DNA from: Setoptus koraiensis
Lineage: Eukaryota; Animalia; Arthropoda
Assembly: GCA_048013815.1 (NCBI GenBank)
Contig: CM106585.1
Span: 4,774,001 to 4,838,000 of the forward strand
DNA length: 64,000 bases
Reading direction: 5' to 3'
How positions within the stretch are numbered: position 1 is the first letter of the stretch; the number at the start of each line of letters is the position of its first letter. Positions 9,990 to 24,900 of this stretch are shown here, one piece after another. A model generated the notes under the pieces. It did no database searches. It was not told where the DNA came from and saw nothing but the letters and a program-made list of their open reading frames with translations. The position numbers and the translations under genes were made by a program.

Positions 9990-12900
9990 ATGTATAGTTT
10001 CAAAGTGAATGTCTCAATCTTAATATCATTGTTGATTACAATTCTGGTTTCAGCGCCATGCAATGCTGGCTCAGAGACTAGCATCGAGTTGGACGTAAAT
10101 GTGCCTGATTATCTAACAACAGAGGGTATAGTTAGATATGCCATTAAGGTAATTAGCCAATCATCGACTCAGCCAAATATCCGCTCAATCAAGCCGTTTC
10201 GTTGACCATGATCGTTTGACCAATTTACATTTCTTATCAAGTCAAGAGAAACAAAAGAAAAGAGTTTCAGGGAAAGTTACGGATACGATTTCAAATCTTA
10301 CCAAGGATTTGTTGAACTCAGTGAACTTTATGAGTCCTATGCAACAATTTATCATTATACAAAATCCGGTAACATAATATACACTGCCGATAAAACGGAT
10401 TGTTTCCAAGCACATGATGTTTATAGCATTGTACCTGAATTAAACTCAGCCTATGAGGCTTTTCTTCCCAGCAATATTAATTTCATTAACTCTGGGCATG
10501 TCATTGGGCCCACTAGATTTCTAGTTGGGATAAAGAATGCGGTTAAAGTTTACGGAAAGGTAGGTAGTTTATCTATACGCGTATTGAACGGTGCCGACCA
10601 GTAAATTGTCCATGTAAAACCACTTTCGATTGATTTGTTCCATCTTACTACAATATAAACAATTTATTACAACAATTGACAGCCAAAATTGAATAGAGAA
10701 GAAGAGCACCGTGGTCTCAAGTGTAAAGTTTATCGCTTAGATCTTGGCCAAACGAAAGATGGAAAAAAAATTCGTTTCGAGGCCTATTTACCTGCCAATA
10801 TCATGGAAGAAACTTCCAAATGGGCAAAAACATCAATTATGGCCTTTTCTCTCTACGTCTCTCATAATCTTGACAACGAAGATGAAACATCTAGGCTCTC
10901 ATTGGACTATTTTACTTTTGTTAAGCCCAAATCGGACTCATGGATGCAAGATTTCACTGTATGGATTTCAGAAACTCTATCTACTAACTAACTACCTATC
11001 TGGTGGCTTGCCCTATTTCGAGAGTTCTAACCTGTTAACACTGTTTTATTTTCGCTGAAGCTCCCGTTAGGAATAGGCTGTAGTGCATATCTGGAGGACA
11101 AGATTGATATTGATTTAGGGGCGCAATCGAAATTTGGTGCAATCTACATGCAATCAACGGATGGCATTGAGGGAAAATCCCACTTTCTAGCTTTTAACTC
11201 TGACAGGAAACTCATTAGGAGAGATGTTGTGGGTATCAGTTCGACCATTTACGATCTCAATCATCATTTGCTATATCACACAGATGACAGAAATATTTAT
11301 ACTGTGACAAACGCCAGGAGAGGCTTGCGTACAACCTTCAAGAAGTGCGCCGTTAGCGATATCAATGAATACAATTTCGTTCCGCAAATCAATCGAACAA
11401 CAACGAAAAGCGTAAACGACTTCTTAGATCTCAAGAGTCTATCTAGAATGGGCGTGGGCTTCGTAAGGGGTTTGTCATGCGAAATATACGAAAAAGCGGT
11501 AACTGAAGCACCGGCAATATTTTTCATGAGGTTGGAAAATGATGCCAAAATCGAGTACATTTATCAGGTTTATCTAATTAAGAGCTTCAATGAACAACCC
11601 GGCATAGGTAATCTTTGGTGGCCAGCTAGGCTTGTTCTGAAGAAAAGAAGCAAAGGTAAAATTTTTGACATTTCTGTAATCGACATATACGATTTTAGTC
11701 CTCTATTGAGTGGTTGGCGGGTGAAATCAAGCGAACTGTTTGATGCCCGTGATTGTTTTGATGATGAACATCATAGGGTCAGAGTGGAGATGGCTGCAAA
11801 AACGAACGGTCCGGGCTCGGCGAATTTGAAGCAACGGAAATATCTTCTAGAAGACGAGGCAGTTGGTCTGATTGCCGACACTTTTTCCGTGCCAAGGCCA
11901 CACATCTCCGGGATGACTTTGGAGGTGGAAAGAAATCATTTGGATTTCAGCGCTTTTGTGGCCGATAGTCCGATAAAAGTCAGTAAGTATTCCTTCTTTT
12001 CAATTGTCGAAAATGTTTCGGCGCAAAATTCACCGTTGGTTCTTCCGGAATCTTGCTAAATTTTATTTTCCATCCATCAGACAAACTTGAATATTTTGGC
12101 AGGGGTTATCTGCCCGCCAGTGTTATTAATAAGATCGACGAGAAGGGAATAGCGGAAAACGATTGCGTACTGTATTCGACTCTTTTTGATGATGTCAGCA
12201 TGGTGCTGAGTTGCCCGGGTGACTCAGAGGGCCCGTTGTGTCGAATTGTCTACTCGTTGGACAAGCCGGCTCTGGATGTAGTCGCGAGTGAAACGGATGA
12301 ACACTCTTGTCAAGCTTACAGGTTTAATACGTTTGATTCCATCCATCACAGTCGATCTATAATAGAACAAATGGAGAGAGACGAGGAAAAGTTAAATGGA
12401 AAGAAATGGCAAATATTTGATGATAAGATAAAAGTTTTTGACGGAACAATTGTTGCTCATGAAATCACACGTCAAAATGATTTACGTCGTATAGATGAAT
12501 CAATGTTTGCAACTGACGATGTAAACGTTAGCCTGGAAAATATCAACTTTGTCGATTGTAATAGAGCATGCCAGCTTGATCTTTCTTGTCAGGCTTATTG
12601 TTTCTGTAGTGGTGATAAGTCTGGCATCGGGTTGTGTTCTTTGACTTCGAAGGGCGTTGTGTACGGGTCTTGGTTATTTGTAAAGAAGGAACAGCAACAA
12701 CAACAAGGCAATCAAACGGATTCCGCCAGTGCTAATTACGATGTGCCGGAAAACAGAGAAAGTGCCCTGGCCAAAGGAACCTACAAATTGATTGGGGCCA
12801 AATCGTGCACAATATATGAAAAGAATCATATTGACATGTATAGTAAAACAAATGACTTTATCTACGTGGAAAAGTCTGTTGTTGCCAGCTATATTGCGAT

Positions 12901-13729
12901 GACTTTGGACGTTTGTGCCAGGGATACCAATTTATTGGAGCACGATGACTCGAGCGAATATCATCCAACATTTGCCTACTGCGGTCACCCTAAGGTTTGT
13001 TTGGCCGATCTGACCAAGATCGTAAGGTCAGAAAAAACAGTCTCAGATTCGACCGATTATGACGGTTTGAGTAGTGATGAGCAGCAAATGTTTGAAAATT
13101 ACGAACGATGTCGCATATACCGAAAAAGGTATCAGTCATACTTTCAGGTGTCAACGAAGATTTTCATTGAATCCTCGGCTAATGTGAAACAGGTGAAAAT
13201 TCAAGACAAATCAGTTGAGGAATGCGCTCATATGTGCTGGCAACAGGACACAAACCAGGATTGCCACTCGTTTGATCATTGTGTCACAAAGTCTGACGAT
13301 GGCAAAATCAACTCGGTTTGCTCTATCAACACAGTGACCAATGATAACGTCAATTCGGAAACTACCTCTAAATCGGGCTGTTTTCATTATGAGAAAGATC
13401 ATTCTTTGCATCAATTGCGACAACGGATTGGCTCAACAACATCTCAAGACGCCGGTCGAACCCATGAAAGAAGCGGATCAAACTTGACTACAGGCTCGTA
13501 TTTGCTCATGTTGCTTCTGTTGATAATTGGAATATTGGTTGGCGATAAAGTTAATCCTATTTTGCTGAGAGTCGCCAGCGGTGTTTACAATGGCTCAGTG
13601 TCCAACCTACGAACGACTGGCAAGAGAATGGTGAACGGTAAAACTATGGAGGAGGCCACTGGCGGAGTTGCCATGAATGTTATAAACCGGAAATATAACG
13701 ATAAATCTCTACTCAGAGATGAGCTATGA
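9990..13729 (+). CDS. Type I membrane protein with signal peptide, ependymin/LolA-like repeats and PAN/apple modules; 5 exons: 9990-10148, 10242-10559, 10683-10958, 11061-11982, 12081-13729 (1107 aa)
   Basis: Four GT-AG introns of 93-123 nt join the short ORFs into one frame. Signal peptide VSILISLLITILVSAPCNA; HRGLKCKVY and DFTLPLGIGC motifs; PAN-like DCNRACQLDLSCQAYCFC and SVEECAHMCWQQDTNQDCHSFDHC; one TM helix YLLMLLLLIIGILVG. Confidence 0.8.
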
Positions 13730-14227
13730 TGATTTTAACTCTTGCAGTCCAAATACAGTGTAAACAGAGACCCACTCGAGCGGTGTGACTGACCAGATTT
13801 TCGCTCGCTTGGATCGTACAATGTTCATATGTTCTGTATAGTGTGACGTTGTGGTTGGTGTCGGGTGACATCTAGACAACGAACGCAAGAGTTCTTTACA
13901 TAAATAATTAGGCCGATACCCAGTTGTGTGTTGTCTCAAGGCTGACGTAAGAGTGATCTCTATTGGTAACTGTATTGTGTATGGCATTGTGTGGGTTATG
14001 ATATATATATATATATAACATTTATTGGTAACGTTATATATCATACTATTTCGTGCTTCAACGGACTGTTATCTCCCAAACGATTCGTCCATGCGTGATC
14101 GGCTTGATGCAGAGTTAACGAGTTTTTACATTTACACATAAGTTAGTGAAGTGATAAAATAACAATTATCTACATACGGGTGTGTCAAGCGAAATACGAC
14201 TCGGATAGATCGACGCATCCGGTTTAT

Positions 14228-14549
14228 GTTTTCTGGTCCGTGATAGTTGATACATTAGAGTCAATATTTACTAGCACTTCTCCATTGACTCTATGTCATG
14301 GAGTCTATGGTAGTGATGGCGAGAGAACGGGATCATGGGAACGGGAGATTTCTCCCGGGGGGAAATTCTCTCGTGGAACGTCCCATTTCTCCCAGTCTCC
14401 CGTTCTCTCCCCGGGAGCCCCGTGCCTCCCGCTCATCCCAAATATCTCGAATCTGCAAAAAACTTCTCCCGTCTCTCCCAAATTTCTCCCGTTTGGTTAG
14501 CTGATATGATAAGTTGCAATGGATGAAACATTCTATTCTACCTCTACTA
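14228..14549. repeat. Dispersed repeat shared with 25482-25583, followed by a degenerate TAGTGAT-initiated element rich in CTCCC/GGGAG motifs
   Basis: 14228-14319 aligns with 25482-25583 (gttttctggtcc...tacatta...ttactagcacttctcc.ttgactc...gagtc.atg.tagtgat). From 14311 the sequence is packed with short self-complementary ctccc/gggag motifs; the right end is not clearly defined. Confidence 0.5.
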
Positions 14550-15977
14550 GTCACTCTAAATTACTTTTATCTCTTTCAATTAATTTCTAGTTGTTGGTAC
14601 CTCTCTTTTAGTGAGGCTAGAGAAGAGCGTTTGAGATACGGCAAACAAATTGTAACAAAATGTATGTACGTATAACGTGTCTGTGTACGTATGGGTTGCC
14701 ATCGTAGATTTTGTTTAAACCAATTATAAGTTGTATAAGGTACATATTGGACCAATAGGCAATATGGGTAAAAGAGTGTCAAATCAAGCGCTTAATATCA
14801 TTCCCGTCAATGATATGTTACGAAATCAGATTTCCACTCTAACCGGTTTCATAATTTCACTACTACTGAGGAGAGGATGTTCATGAGTCCGTCAAACAGC
14901 ATTGAGAATGAGCACGATATCAACCAAGTAACCGTCAGACAAAATCATTTTTTGTATTTTGACTACATAAAATGTAACTTGGTATACATCACACCAGAGA
15001 ATGTCTAACACCGACATGATTTGGTGAAATGCACCTCTTGTTACCTAGGGTGTAAAATGGGAATGGTGAAAAAAATATAGCGATGCACTCAAAAAACGCA
15101 TACTTCCTATGAAAGGAACTAGAAAAAATCTATTTTCGAGACTGTGCATAGAAATCACGTTAGAAATGCCGAACCTGTCACTAGCAAAGATGATCATAAG
15201 AATCGGATAAAGCAATCAAGGTATTTATCTCGAGTTGAGATTTCCACACTAACCGGTTTGATGGCTCAATCGAGTATTAAATCAAATTATACGGGCGCTG
15301 TTAAAGACATTCGACGAGCAAGCATCACGCAAAATTAACTTTTATGCTGTGCTTGCATGGATTATTCTCATATGCACCAATATTATCGATTGAATTTTGA
15401 ATTTTTTTCGGACACGATCGAATCCGATGAAATGCTCCCCTCGTTACTCAGAAGCCAAAAATGGTTGGAGATTGACAATGATTACGGAGACTGAGGCGTC
15501 TCTTCAGGATAAAGATAGATTTTGTGCTCTATGGTGCGGCATTTTCATTCGGAAATTCAAGGCAGACTTCGCCTTTTGAGGGTGAACTTTTTTTTTAACT
15601 CGTCATGCCCACTCTTTGATTATGTTGTCCATGCTTAGATCTTTGAAGGCAAGAAATCGGGGCGGCTACCTCTCCAATAGCTCGGGCACCTCCGAATGAC
15701 GAACCTATGGCAAGCAGCCGTTTCACTCTGATTATTTGTAATTTGTTGTCGTATTCATCGAAGATTGTCTATAAGTAGATGCATCTTATTTTGAAACTCA
15801 CCACCGGATGAATACGACAAGCTAAATTCAATACTTATACAGTGTGTTAAATATAACGAAAGTGTCTCGAGATTTTCATAGAAAAGCTCTTCAAATAGAG
15901 AATAATTACAAAAGAAAACTCTGAAGAAATAAACAGAACCAACAGTAGAGATATAATTAGCATATCACACGTTGATA

Positions 15978-18900
15978 ATGCCTGTTTTATCAACGGAGCT
16001 TCAGCAGTGTGGTGAGAGTAACCCGATTTACAATTCATTGGACACCACAGGGAACGCTATTGATGACTTTGAAATGGCGCACTCTGAAAATGGTCCCAGT
16101 TATGGAAAAAATCCGCACTCTCCTGAAACTGTAACGACTACAATGAAATCAGCAAAAAAAGTAGCGGAGGAAATAGTTGATCCTTTTAGCATTCCAGATA
16201 CCGGTATTGTAGTTTCAGGGTTGGCTGGTTATTTCCCTAACGCCGATAATATAGATGAACTGAAACAATCCTTAACCGACAACTGCGATATGTGCACAAA
16301 TCATGATAGCACTCGCTTTCCCGCTGGCTTGTGGGGTTTACCACCGAGGGCTGGTCGCATGAAGAATATATGGCGATTTGATGGAGAATTTTTCGGCCAC
16401 AACGACGGCAAAATTGTTGATCCCCAGATAAGATTGTTATATGAGAGAGTCTACGAATCCATTTTGGACTCAGGTGAGTAATCGTCTCTGATTAATTCTA
16501 AAAATCTCAATCTCAGCAGGTTTGAATGAACTATGATAACTAGTCTAGACTCTCGCATGCAAACTTGAGACACAGCCGAGTACTTCAATCTGCAACGAAT
16601 CTAAGTGTTCGAATCTAACAAACAATTCCAATCCCATATCAGGTGTCAATCCCGCCTCCCTACGAGGGACTAAAACCGGAATTTTTGTGACTTTTTACAC
16701 GAACGAAACCGAGCAGGCAATGCGTGACGATCCCCATTTTGAGGGAGGCGGATACAGCACACAATTTGCAGCTAGACTCGCTAGATACTTCGACTTTAGA
16801 GGCAAAGCCTGTGGATACGATCTAGCCTGCGCCTCTTCTTTCGGAGCCTTTAACCAGGCTGTTTTGAGCTTCCAATACGGCGAAATTGATCAGGCCATTA
16901 TCTGCTCTGTTAATTTAGCGTTGGATCCTAAAAATACCTTAGTATTCGCAAAACTCCAAATGTTATCACCCACTGGTTATACTCGTTTTGGTGACGCTGA
17001 TGTGGATGGATATTGCAAAGCCGAGGCTTGTGTTTCGGCTTTTCTACAACGCAAGCATGTCGCTCTTAGAGTATACAGCACGGTTTTAACTACTAGAATA
17101 AACGCGGACGGTTACAAGAAAGAAGGCATCACCTTCCCAGCGGCCGTTACACAGGCAGCACTTATAAGAGAAACAAAAAAATTAACACCCGGATTACATT
17201 CGAATCACATCGAGGTAATTGAGGCCCACGGAACTGGAACACCCGCCGGTGATCCCATCGAGTGCGAGGCCATATCAAGTGTTTATTGCCCGAAAGATGC
17301 ATCAAACGAAAGAACTATTGGACCGCTATTACTCACTAGTATCAAAACGAATATGGGTCACTCAGAGTCATCAAGTGGTTTGTGTGCATTGGCAAAAGTT
17401 TCTCTCATGCTCGACAATGAAATGATATACAAAAGTTTAAATTTTAACAAGCCAAATCCTAACATCGAATCGCTTGTTGATGGACGCGTGCAGATTGCAA
17501 CAGAGAATCGAAAATTGAATTCCAAGATCATACCAGTATGCAGCTACGGTTTTGGTGGGGCCAACGTGCATGCCATATTGCGTTCAAATCACAGGCCAAT
17601 CGTGGAGCCATTCAAAGACGACGGCACCGTTGATTTTAGTGCGACAAATGAACGTCATCGCTTAGTTCTCATGTTCGGCAGGCACGAACAGGGTTTAGAG
17701 ACATTCTTCAACTCTATCATGTCCGAAGGAGTCAAAGAAAAAGCGTTGACAAGAGATTTTTTTGCCCTGACAGATTCGCTTTGCAGTGGCAAAATTGATA
17801 GATTGATGAGAGCGCGTGGTTTTGTCATACTGGACCTGAAAACCCAAACAGAAATCTATAGATCTATTTGCAAATGTAAGTTGAGTTCGCCGAACAGTAA
17901 TTCCGATCGCAACAAGTTGGATATTGGTCGAGCTGAGCACCATCTGCAAGATAGCACACCGGTAGCTTGCTACTTTGTGTACCCGGGCTTGGGCTCGCAG
18001 TGGCAAGGCATGGGGTTAGGCATGCGAGATTTCAGTCAGTTTTGGTCAACAATTGAAAGATTGCAAGAAATACTGAAGCCATTCGAATACGATCTCATAC
18101 GATCACTGGAAACGGCAAATGGCGCCACCTTCGCAATAATTGATGCGTTTGTTGGAATAACCGCTATTCAGATAGCTTTTACCAACATCTTAAAATCACA
18201 TCTAAACATCTTACCCTCAGGTGGAATCCTTGGTCATTCAGTAGGAGAGTTTGCGTGTGCTTATGCGGATGGAATTTTCGACGAACGTGAAACAATTCTT
18301 TTGGCCTACCATATTGCTTCGACGCTCAAAGACAATGCGCATCTCATTGAAGGTTCAATGGTAGCGATTAGTTTAGGTTTTGACGAAGCGCAAAAAAACA
18401 TAGACAATTACATTGAAGAAAAAAAGAAGCAAAAATCGTCATCAACTGTATGCATTTCGTGCGATAACGGGCCAGAATCTGTCACAGTTTCGGGCACTAA
18501 ACAACACGTCAGAGAGTTTCTGCAATATCTTGGCAAGCATTATAGCGGAAGCATTCAGTGCACCGACTTGAACATTGATTTTGCGCTCCACAATCCCCAT
18601 ATAATGCGTGACGATATCAAAAACAAATTGATAGCAAACTTACGAAAATTGTTGCACCCGGGCACAGACTACAGCAGGAATGAACATAAATGGTTTTCTA
18701 GTGTCTGTCAGGACCATGATTCAGTAATTCTAAAAATGGCGAATGCAGAATACTATGCAACTAATTTGTGCGAAAGAGTCAACTTTAGACAGGCTGTTGA
18801 AAGAATCCAGCATGCAGACCAGGTGGTCATCGAAATTGGGCCCCACGCAATATTTGAGTCAACTGTCAGAACAATCATACCGAGCAATCAGCCATTATCT

Positions 18901-21900
18901 TATGCGAAACTGATGAAAAAGAATGACCAGAATCCCTTACTGAATTTCTTCATCACAATAGGCAAGCTGTTTCAAATAGGCATTAATCCAACATTGAGTT
19001 CATTTTATCCGAAAATCAAATTGCCAGTCAGAAAACAGGTGCCATCTATCAGTTCTTTAATGAAATGGGACCACTCAATTCCGTTCTGTGTTCCAAGATA
19101 TCCTGAGTATTTTTCAGATAAATCAGCAAGATTGATACAAAACATCGATCTTCTAGATGAAAACCAAAAATACCTTTCAGGTCATACACTGGAGGGCCGA
19201 GTACTGAATCCTGCAACTGGATATTTATGCCTTGTGTGGTATGCATTCTCAGGTATCAAACGAGGATTGTATGATATTAGCTACCAAAAAAGGACCGTTA
19301 ATGAAAATTCATATGAACCTATCGAATTCCACGATGTTAGATTGCATAGAGCAGTGATATTGGGAGAAAAAGCAGTGCAACTAAGTATAATAATAGAGCC
19401 AGCGACGGACTATTTCGCGGTAATTGAAGGTGGCCAAGTTGTAGTTGATGGCTTCGTCAAATCTCCGAAAGTCAATCCAAAGGGTCTTTTGTATGATGAT
19501 TTAGCTCATAGTTTGAGCAACGAAAACAATGAACAATCGCTGAGTCATGATGATGTCTACAAACAATTCAGGGTGCACGGATATGACTATGGTGAAACAT
19601 TCCGTTGTATTCAATCGGCTTCGAGCAACGGACGTCATGTCAAGGTCAAATTTAACGGACACCTCGTAGCTCTGACCGACAACATCTTGCAATCAATATT
19701 TTTGTCCATTTGCGCACACGCAACTCAAGGTGCTCTATTTTTGCCAACTGGATTCGATTATATCAGATTCATTCCTGATGTGATATTTTCTAAAATACAC
19801 AAGTCAGGCATGATTGTGGAAGAACTCCTTACTGGGCGAGAGATTGATCATATAGTGACAGAATCATCAAAAGGGGGCACTCTTGAACCGGCCGATAATG
19901 AAAACAATCGATCCAATCAGGAAGAGCGATCAGTAGAATGCATCTTTGATACTTATTGCGATCCAATCCTAAACATTGTCATCACTGATGGGATAGAGAT
20001 GAGAGGAATAAAAGCCATGCCAGTCAATAGAAGAGAGTTGACTGAGCCAACATTGGAGAGTTATAAATTTTTGTTGGACATCGAGGAACCTGTAAAAGAT
20101 CTAGAATTAAGCAAAAATCAATCTAGAGAGCGATATGAACAGATTTGTAACAATATTGTCTCGAGGTTAGCCGATACAAACGGGTTGCTTAAATCTATTA
20201 GTCGCAATGGCATCAAGTATGTAGAGAGCGAAGAGATAGAGCAATATCTCAGCGATCATTTAATTGTTCGTCATGGGGAATTGAACAAAGCAACAACGAC
20301 AGAAAATGGTCAACAACAATCACAACCGGACAATTCTAAAGCAGAGGAGTTGGCCAAGAATTCGCCATTTACGCTCCTGTCATTGCTTGATTCGATGCTG
20401 AGCCATTCATCCAAATCTTCTCTGGAAAAAACCAAGAATGAACCATTGATATCGTTTACGATTCAGTCCATGATTAAACACGAAAAAATTTTCAGTGAAG
20501 ATATGATACTCTCTACTTTTAGCACTGAACGTTTCACCAGACCAATGCTAGAAACAATCGTTCAGAACTGCTGCCAATTTACAAGTGATTTGCGTCTACT
20601 AGAAATCAATAGTGGCAATACAATTTATTATGGACACTTTGAAAAACTCATAAGTAGCATTTCATCACAAACGAAACTCAGCTACACTTTATCTCATCCG
20701 ACTCCAAATGACTTTAAAAATCTGAATGACGATGTCATATTGCACACCCTGAAAGACATCGGCCATGAAAGTGAATCATCTCTTTTGTCATTGATCAATC
20801 GAGATCGCCCCATCGATGCAGTCTGTTTATCCGACACAAGTTGTCATGCGACCACGATCAACGAAGAAGATTCGTATGAGCTGTCTCCGACACTTAGCAA
20901 TTTGGCAAGGGTAATCAGAAAAGATGGATTTCTCTTGGTAATGTTACGATACAAATTGAGCCTCGCAGAAAGATTTATACTGGCATTGAAGCATGTTGCT
21001 AAGACCAACTCCTCCAATCAAACTAGTGTTCCATCAAAAGAATTTGATGATCATATCATCAAGGCAATGCAGCAGGCGCAAAGTTCGTGTGAGGCCAGAA
21101 ATCGGCTATTAGAGATCGAAGCGAGACGATGCAAATTTGAATTGATAGGAAAAAAGATGGACACCACCGGATGTGCGTTATATTTGTATAGAAATGGTTG
21201 TGGGGTTGATTCTAGTTTAGAAGAAAATGATACAAACTCTAAGAAGCAACCAGGAGGTTGTGGTAACAAAGCTTATAAATTGATACATGTTCAGCATGGC
21301 AATTATACTAATTGGCTGAATCAATTGAAGGATGAGTTAAAGCAGGAGGAAACAGACAAAGGAAAAAAGAAGGAATTGGAAACTATATGGCTCTGCGGTG
21401 TCGCCACGAAAAATAACCCATTCAACGGAATCGTGGGATTGATGCAATGTCTCAAAAGAGAGGTGGGTACCCTGGCCAATCTGCGCTGCTTTTTCGACTG
21501 TCATTCGTTCAAGACAAAGTTTGAGAAAGACGTGACGATCGAGACAATACGAAAGAGCGCGAATTTCCAAGTTGCACTGAAAAAAGATCTTTTCTGGAAC
21601 TGTATCAACTCTGATGGACAATGGGGATCATTTATGCACATCACATTGGACGATTATTTCGATACAGACGGCAAGTGTGAGAGTGGGGAATCACAATTGA
21701 TTGAAACCCACAGAGCCTATGCAAATGTGTCAACTCTGGGCGACCTGTCAAGTTTCAAATGGTATCAGACGCCAACGGTATATCCAGTAGATGGCGCAAA
21801 ACAACGATTGGTGAAAGTTAACTATTCGGCTCTCAATTTCAGAGATATTATGCTGGCAACTGGGCGATTGCCGCTGGATGCTTTACCTATTAAATTAGCC

Positions 21901-24900
21901 CTCGACGATTGTTTGTTGGGATTCGAATTTTCCGGAATCGATGTCGAAAGTGGAAAGCGATTGTGTGGTATGATCCCCAGCAGATGTTTAGCCACGGAGA
22001 TTTTATGTCCCGTAAAAACGTCACTATTGCTCGAAATTCCTGACAGCATGAGTCTAAAAGATGCAGCCACTTTACCTGTCACCTACATGACAGTTATCGC
22101 GGCCCTAATCGTTAGAGGCAAGATACAAAAAGGCGAGTCCATATTGATCCACGCCGGCTCCGGTGGCGTTGGTCAGGCAGCAATCACGTTGGCTCTGCAT
22201 CATAAATTGAAAGTATTCACCACAGTTGGTAGCAAAGAGAAACGTCAATTTCTGTTGCGACAATATCCTGACGGACTGAGTGAGGCGCAGATATTTAACT
22301 CGCGTGATTGCTCATTTGAGCAGAAAATCATGGAGGCTACATCAGGTCGGGGTGTTGATCTCGTTCTGAATTCATTGTCGGACGAAAAACTTCAAGCAAG
22401 TGTTAGATGTCTGGCGAAGAATGGTCGATTCTTGGAAATAGGCAAATACGATCAAGCTATGAATGCAAAACTGGAATTGACTAAATTGGATATTAACAAG
22501 ACATTCCATTCTGTTCACTTGGACAAAATATTTGATTCTGATACAGTGACACCCAATTTCATGAGACAATTGAATCAAGGGCTGGCTGTATTTCAAGATG
22601 GACTAAAAAGTGGCTACATCAAGCCGTTGCCGCAACATTGTTTTCCTAAAGAGAAAATTGAGGAGGCATTTAGATTCATGGCAACAGGAAAACACATGGG
22701 GAAAATTCTAGTGGAAATTGAGCCAGAAAAACAACCGAATGCTCATTCTGCCAATTCATCAGTACCAAAGAGAGCCCTACGAGCCATACCTAGATTTGAG
22801 CTTGATCCATCGAAGACATACATCATTACAGGCGGTCTTGGTGGTTTCGGACTAGAACTCATCAAATGGCTTGCATCAGTTGGTGGTCGATATTTTGTTG
22901 TGACATCGCGGTCGGGCGCACGCACTGGATACCAGAAAGTTGTTTTGTCGAGATTGGAGAAAAATAAACAATGCAAACTATTGGTGGTCGATAAAACTAT
23001 GGCAGATGGAACAACACGAGATGGTATCGAGAAATTGTTCAAATTGGCAAAGAAACAAGCGCCAAATGGCGAAATCGGTGGTCTGTTTCACTTGGCCGTC
23101 GTTTTAAAGGACAATCTACTTGAGAACATATCAAGCGAAGATTTCGATCTTGTTTGTAAGCCCAAGGCCGATGCTTGCATATTCTTGGACGAGATATCGC
23201 GAAAAGTTGCACCCGAAATGTCCTTGTTTGTAGCCTTTTCGTCCGTATCTTGTGGCAAGGGCAACGGAGGCCAAGCCAATTACGGTTACGCCAACTCAGT
23301 CATGGAACGTGTTTGCGAGCAACGTCGCCAAGACAATCTACACGGTCTTGCTATTCAATGGGGCGCCATTGGAGACGTCGGGATAGCATTCGAGACCCTC
23401 GGCGGTAATGACATAATTATTGGTGGAACCATTCCACAGAGGATGCCATCGTGTTTTTCTACATTGGCTAAGCTCTTGTGTTCGCCATTTGCGATATGTT
23501 CCAGTCTTGTTTTGCTAGATAAAAAGTCTGGCGGCTCAACTTTTAAAGGAGATCTCGTTGCGGCCGTGTTGCATGTGCTAGGCGTGAAAGACGCCAGCAA
23601 GGTGGATGAGGCAACAACATTAGGTGAACTAGGTTTAGATTCTCTCATGGCCGTCGAGATAAGACAGTATATCGAGCGCGAGTTTGGCCTAACTCTCACG
23701 GCCCAAGAGGTACGATCTCTAACTATTAATAAGATAAGAGAAATTGGCGCGAGTGAAGAAATGGAAAAAACTTCTGGAAACAAGAAAAAAGCGGTTGATG
23801 TGGAGCTTCTTAAGAAAGTTGAAACACTCAAGGAGTCAAACTTCTCATTAGCGCAGGGAACATATGCAGCATTTAATCCACCAATCGAACTGCCGAAATT
23901 AGACTGCTTCAGGCTGAACGATCGACCCATATCATCCACTGCACGGCCAGTATTCGTGTTCACTCATTTGCATACTACTTTTGATATATTGGAAACGATT
24001 TGTAAGAATGTTTCTAGACCATGCGTTGGACTCAACTATACAAACAAGGTGAATAAGCTGAAGTCGCACAGAGAACTAGCTGAATATTATCTTGAATATT
24101 TGGAAAATCTCGATTGGACCACACTGAAGAGTGACCGGAAGATGAGGGATCCCAGCAATGTTCGAGTTGTTGATCTTGTTGGATATTCGTTCGGTGGTGT
24201 GCTGTCGTTTGAACTATTAGTTTTAATTCAAGATCGACGAAGAGAGGGTCGCACGAATTTGGTTCCAGGCCGCTACATACTGCTGGACATGTCGCCTTGG
24301 GTCTTTGAATCGTTCAGTAACCTCTTTGGTTTCTTGTTGATCTCGAAAGTGGATGATTTGCTCCTGGAATACGTGAATCATCACTTAAGAGAATCCAGCA
24401 ATCATGAGGAGGTGTTAAACAAATTATCATCCATTAAGACTGGCCTCGATGATAAATTCAAGGAAGTTTGCAAGATTCTCTCTCGTTCTATGAATATAAC
24501 CGACAAATCAAAGCAGAATGATATTTTAGACGCGATTGAGGGATATTATAGGCGGTATGAAGTCTTGTTGAGCTACAAGCCGAGTAAGACTTACGTTGGT
24601 GATGTAACACTGATAAGGGCACAAGAAGATGTTATCGCTAATATAGATGGAGTCAAAACAGCCGATGACTATTCGCTATCCAAGGTGAGAAAATTATTAT
24701 TTTTTATATCAGGAGCGAGTCTCATCATCTCATAACTTTGAGTGACTTCAGCTATCATACTAACCACAATCGTTGACTTCTTTGTTTACACTATTTCATT
24801 CAGACAATCAATGGAAGGATAGATTTGCACAAGTTTCCTGGAGATCATCAGAGTTTTCTCGCGAATAACGCCGAAGCCATTGTCAACATTATAGATAAGG

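Noticed and set aside
14270-14310. Helitron 3' end (hairpin followed by CTAG|T on the minus strand), also at ~25523
   Set aside because: Similarity between the two copies continues about 40 bp beyond the CTAG, so it is not an element terminus, and no 5' TC end was found.
15047-15183. Possible MITE with TAGGGTG ... TGTCACTA ends
   Set aside because: The termini do not form a good inverted repeat and there is no target-site duplication.
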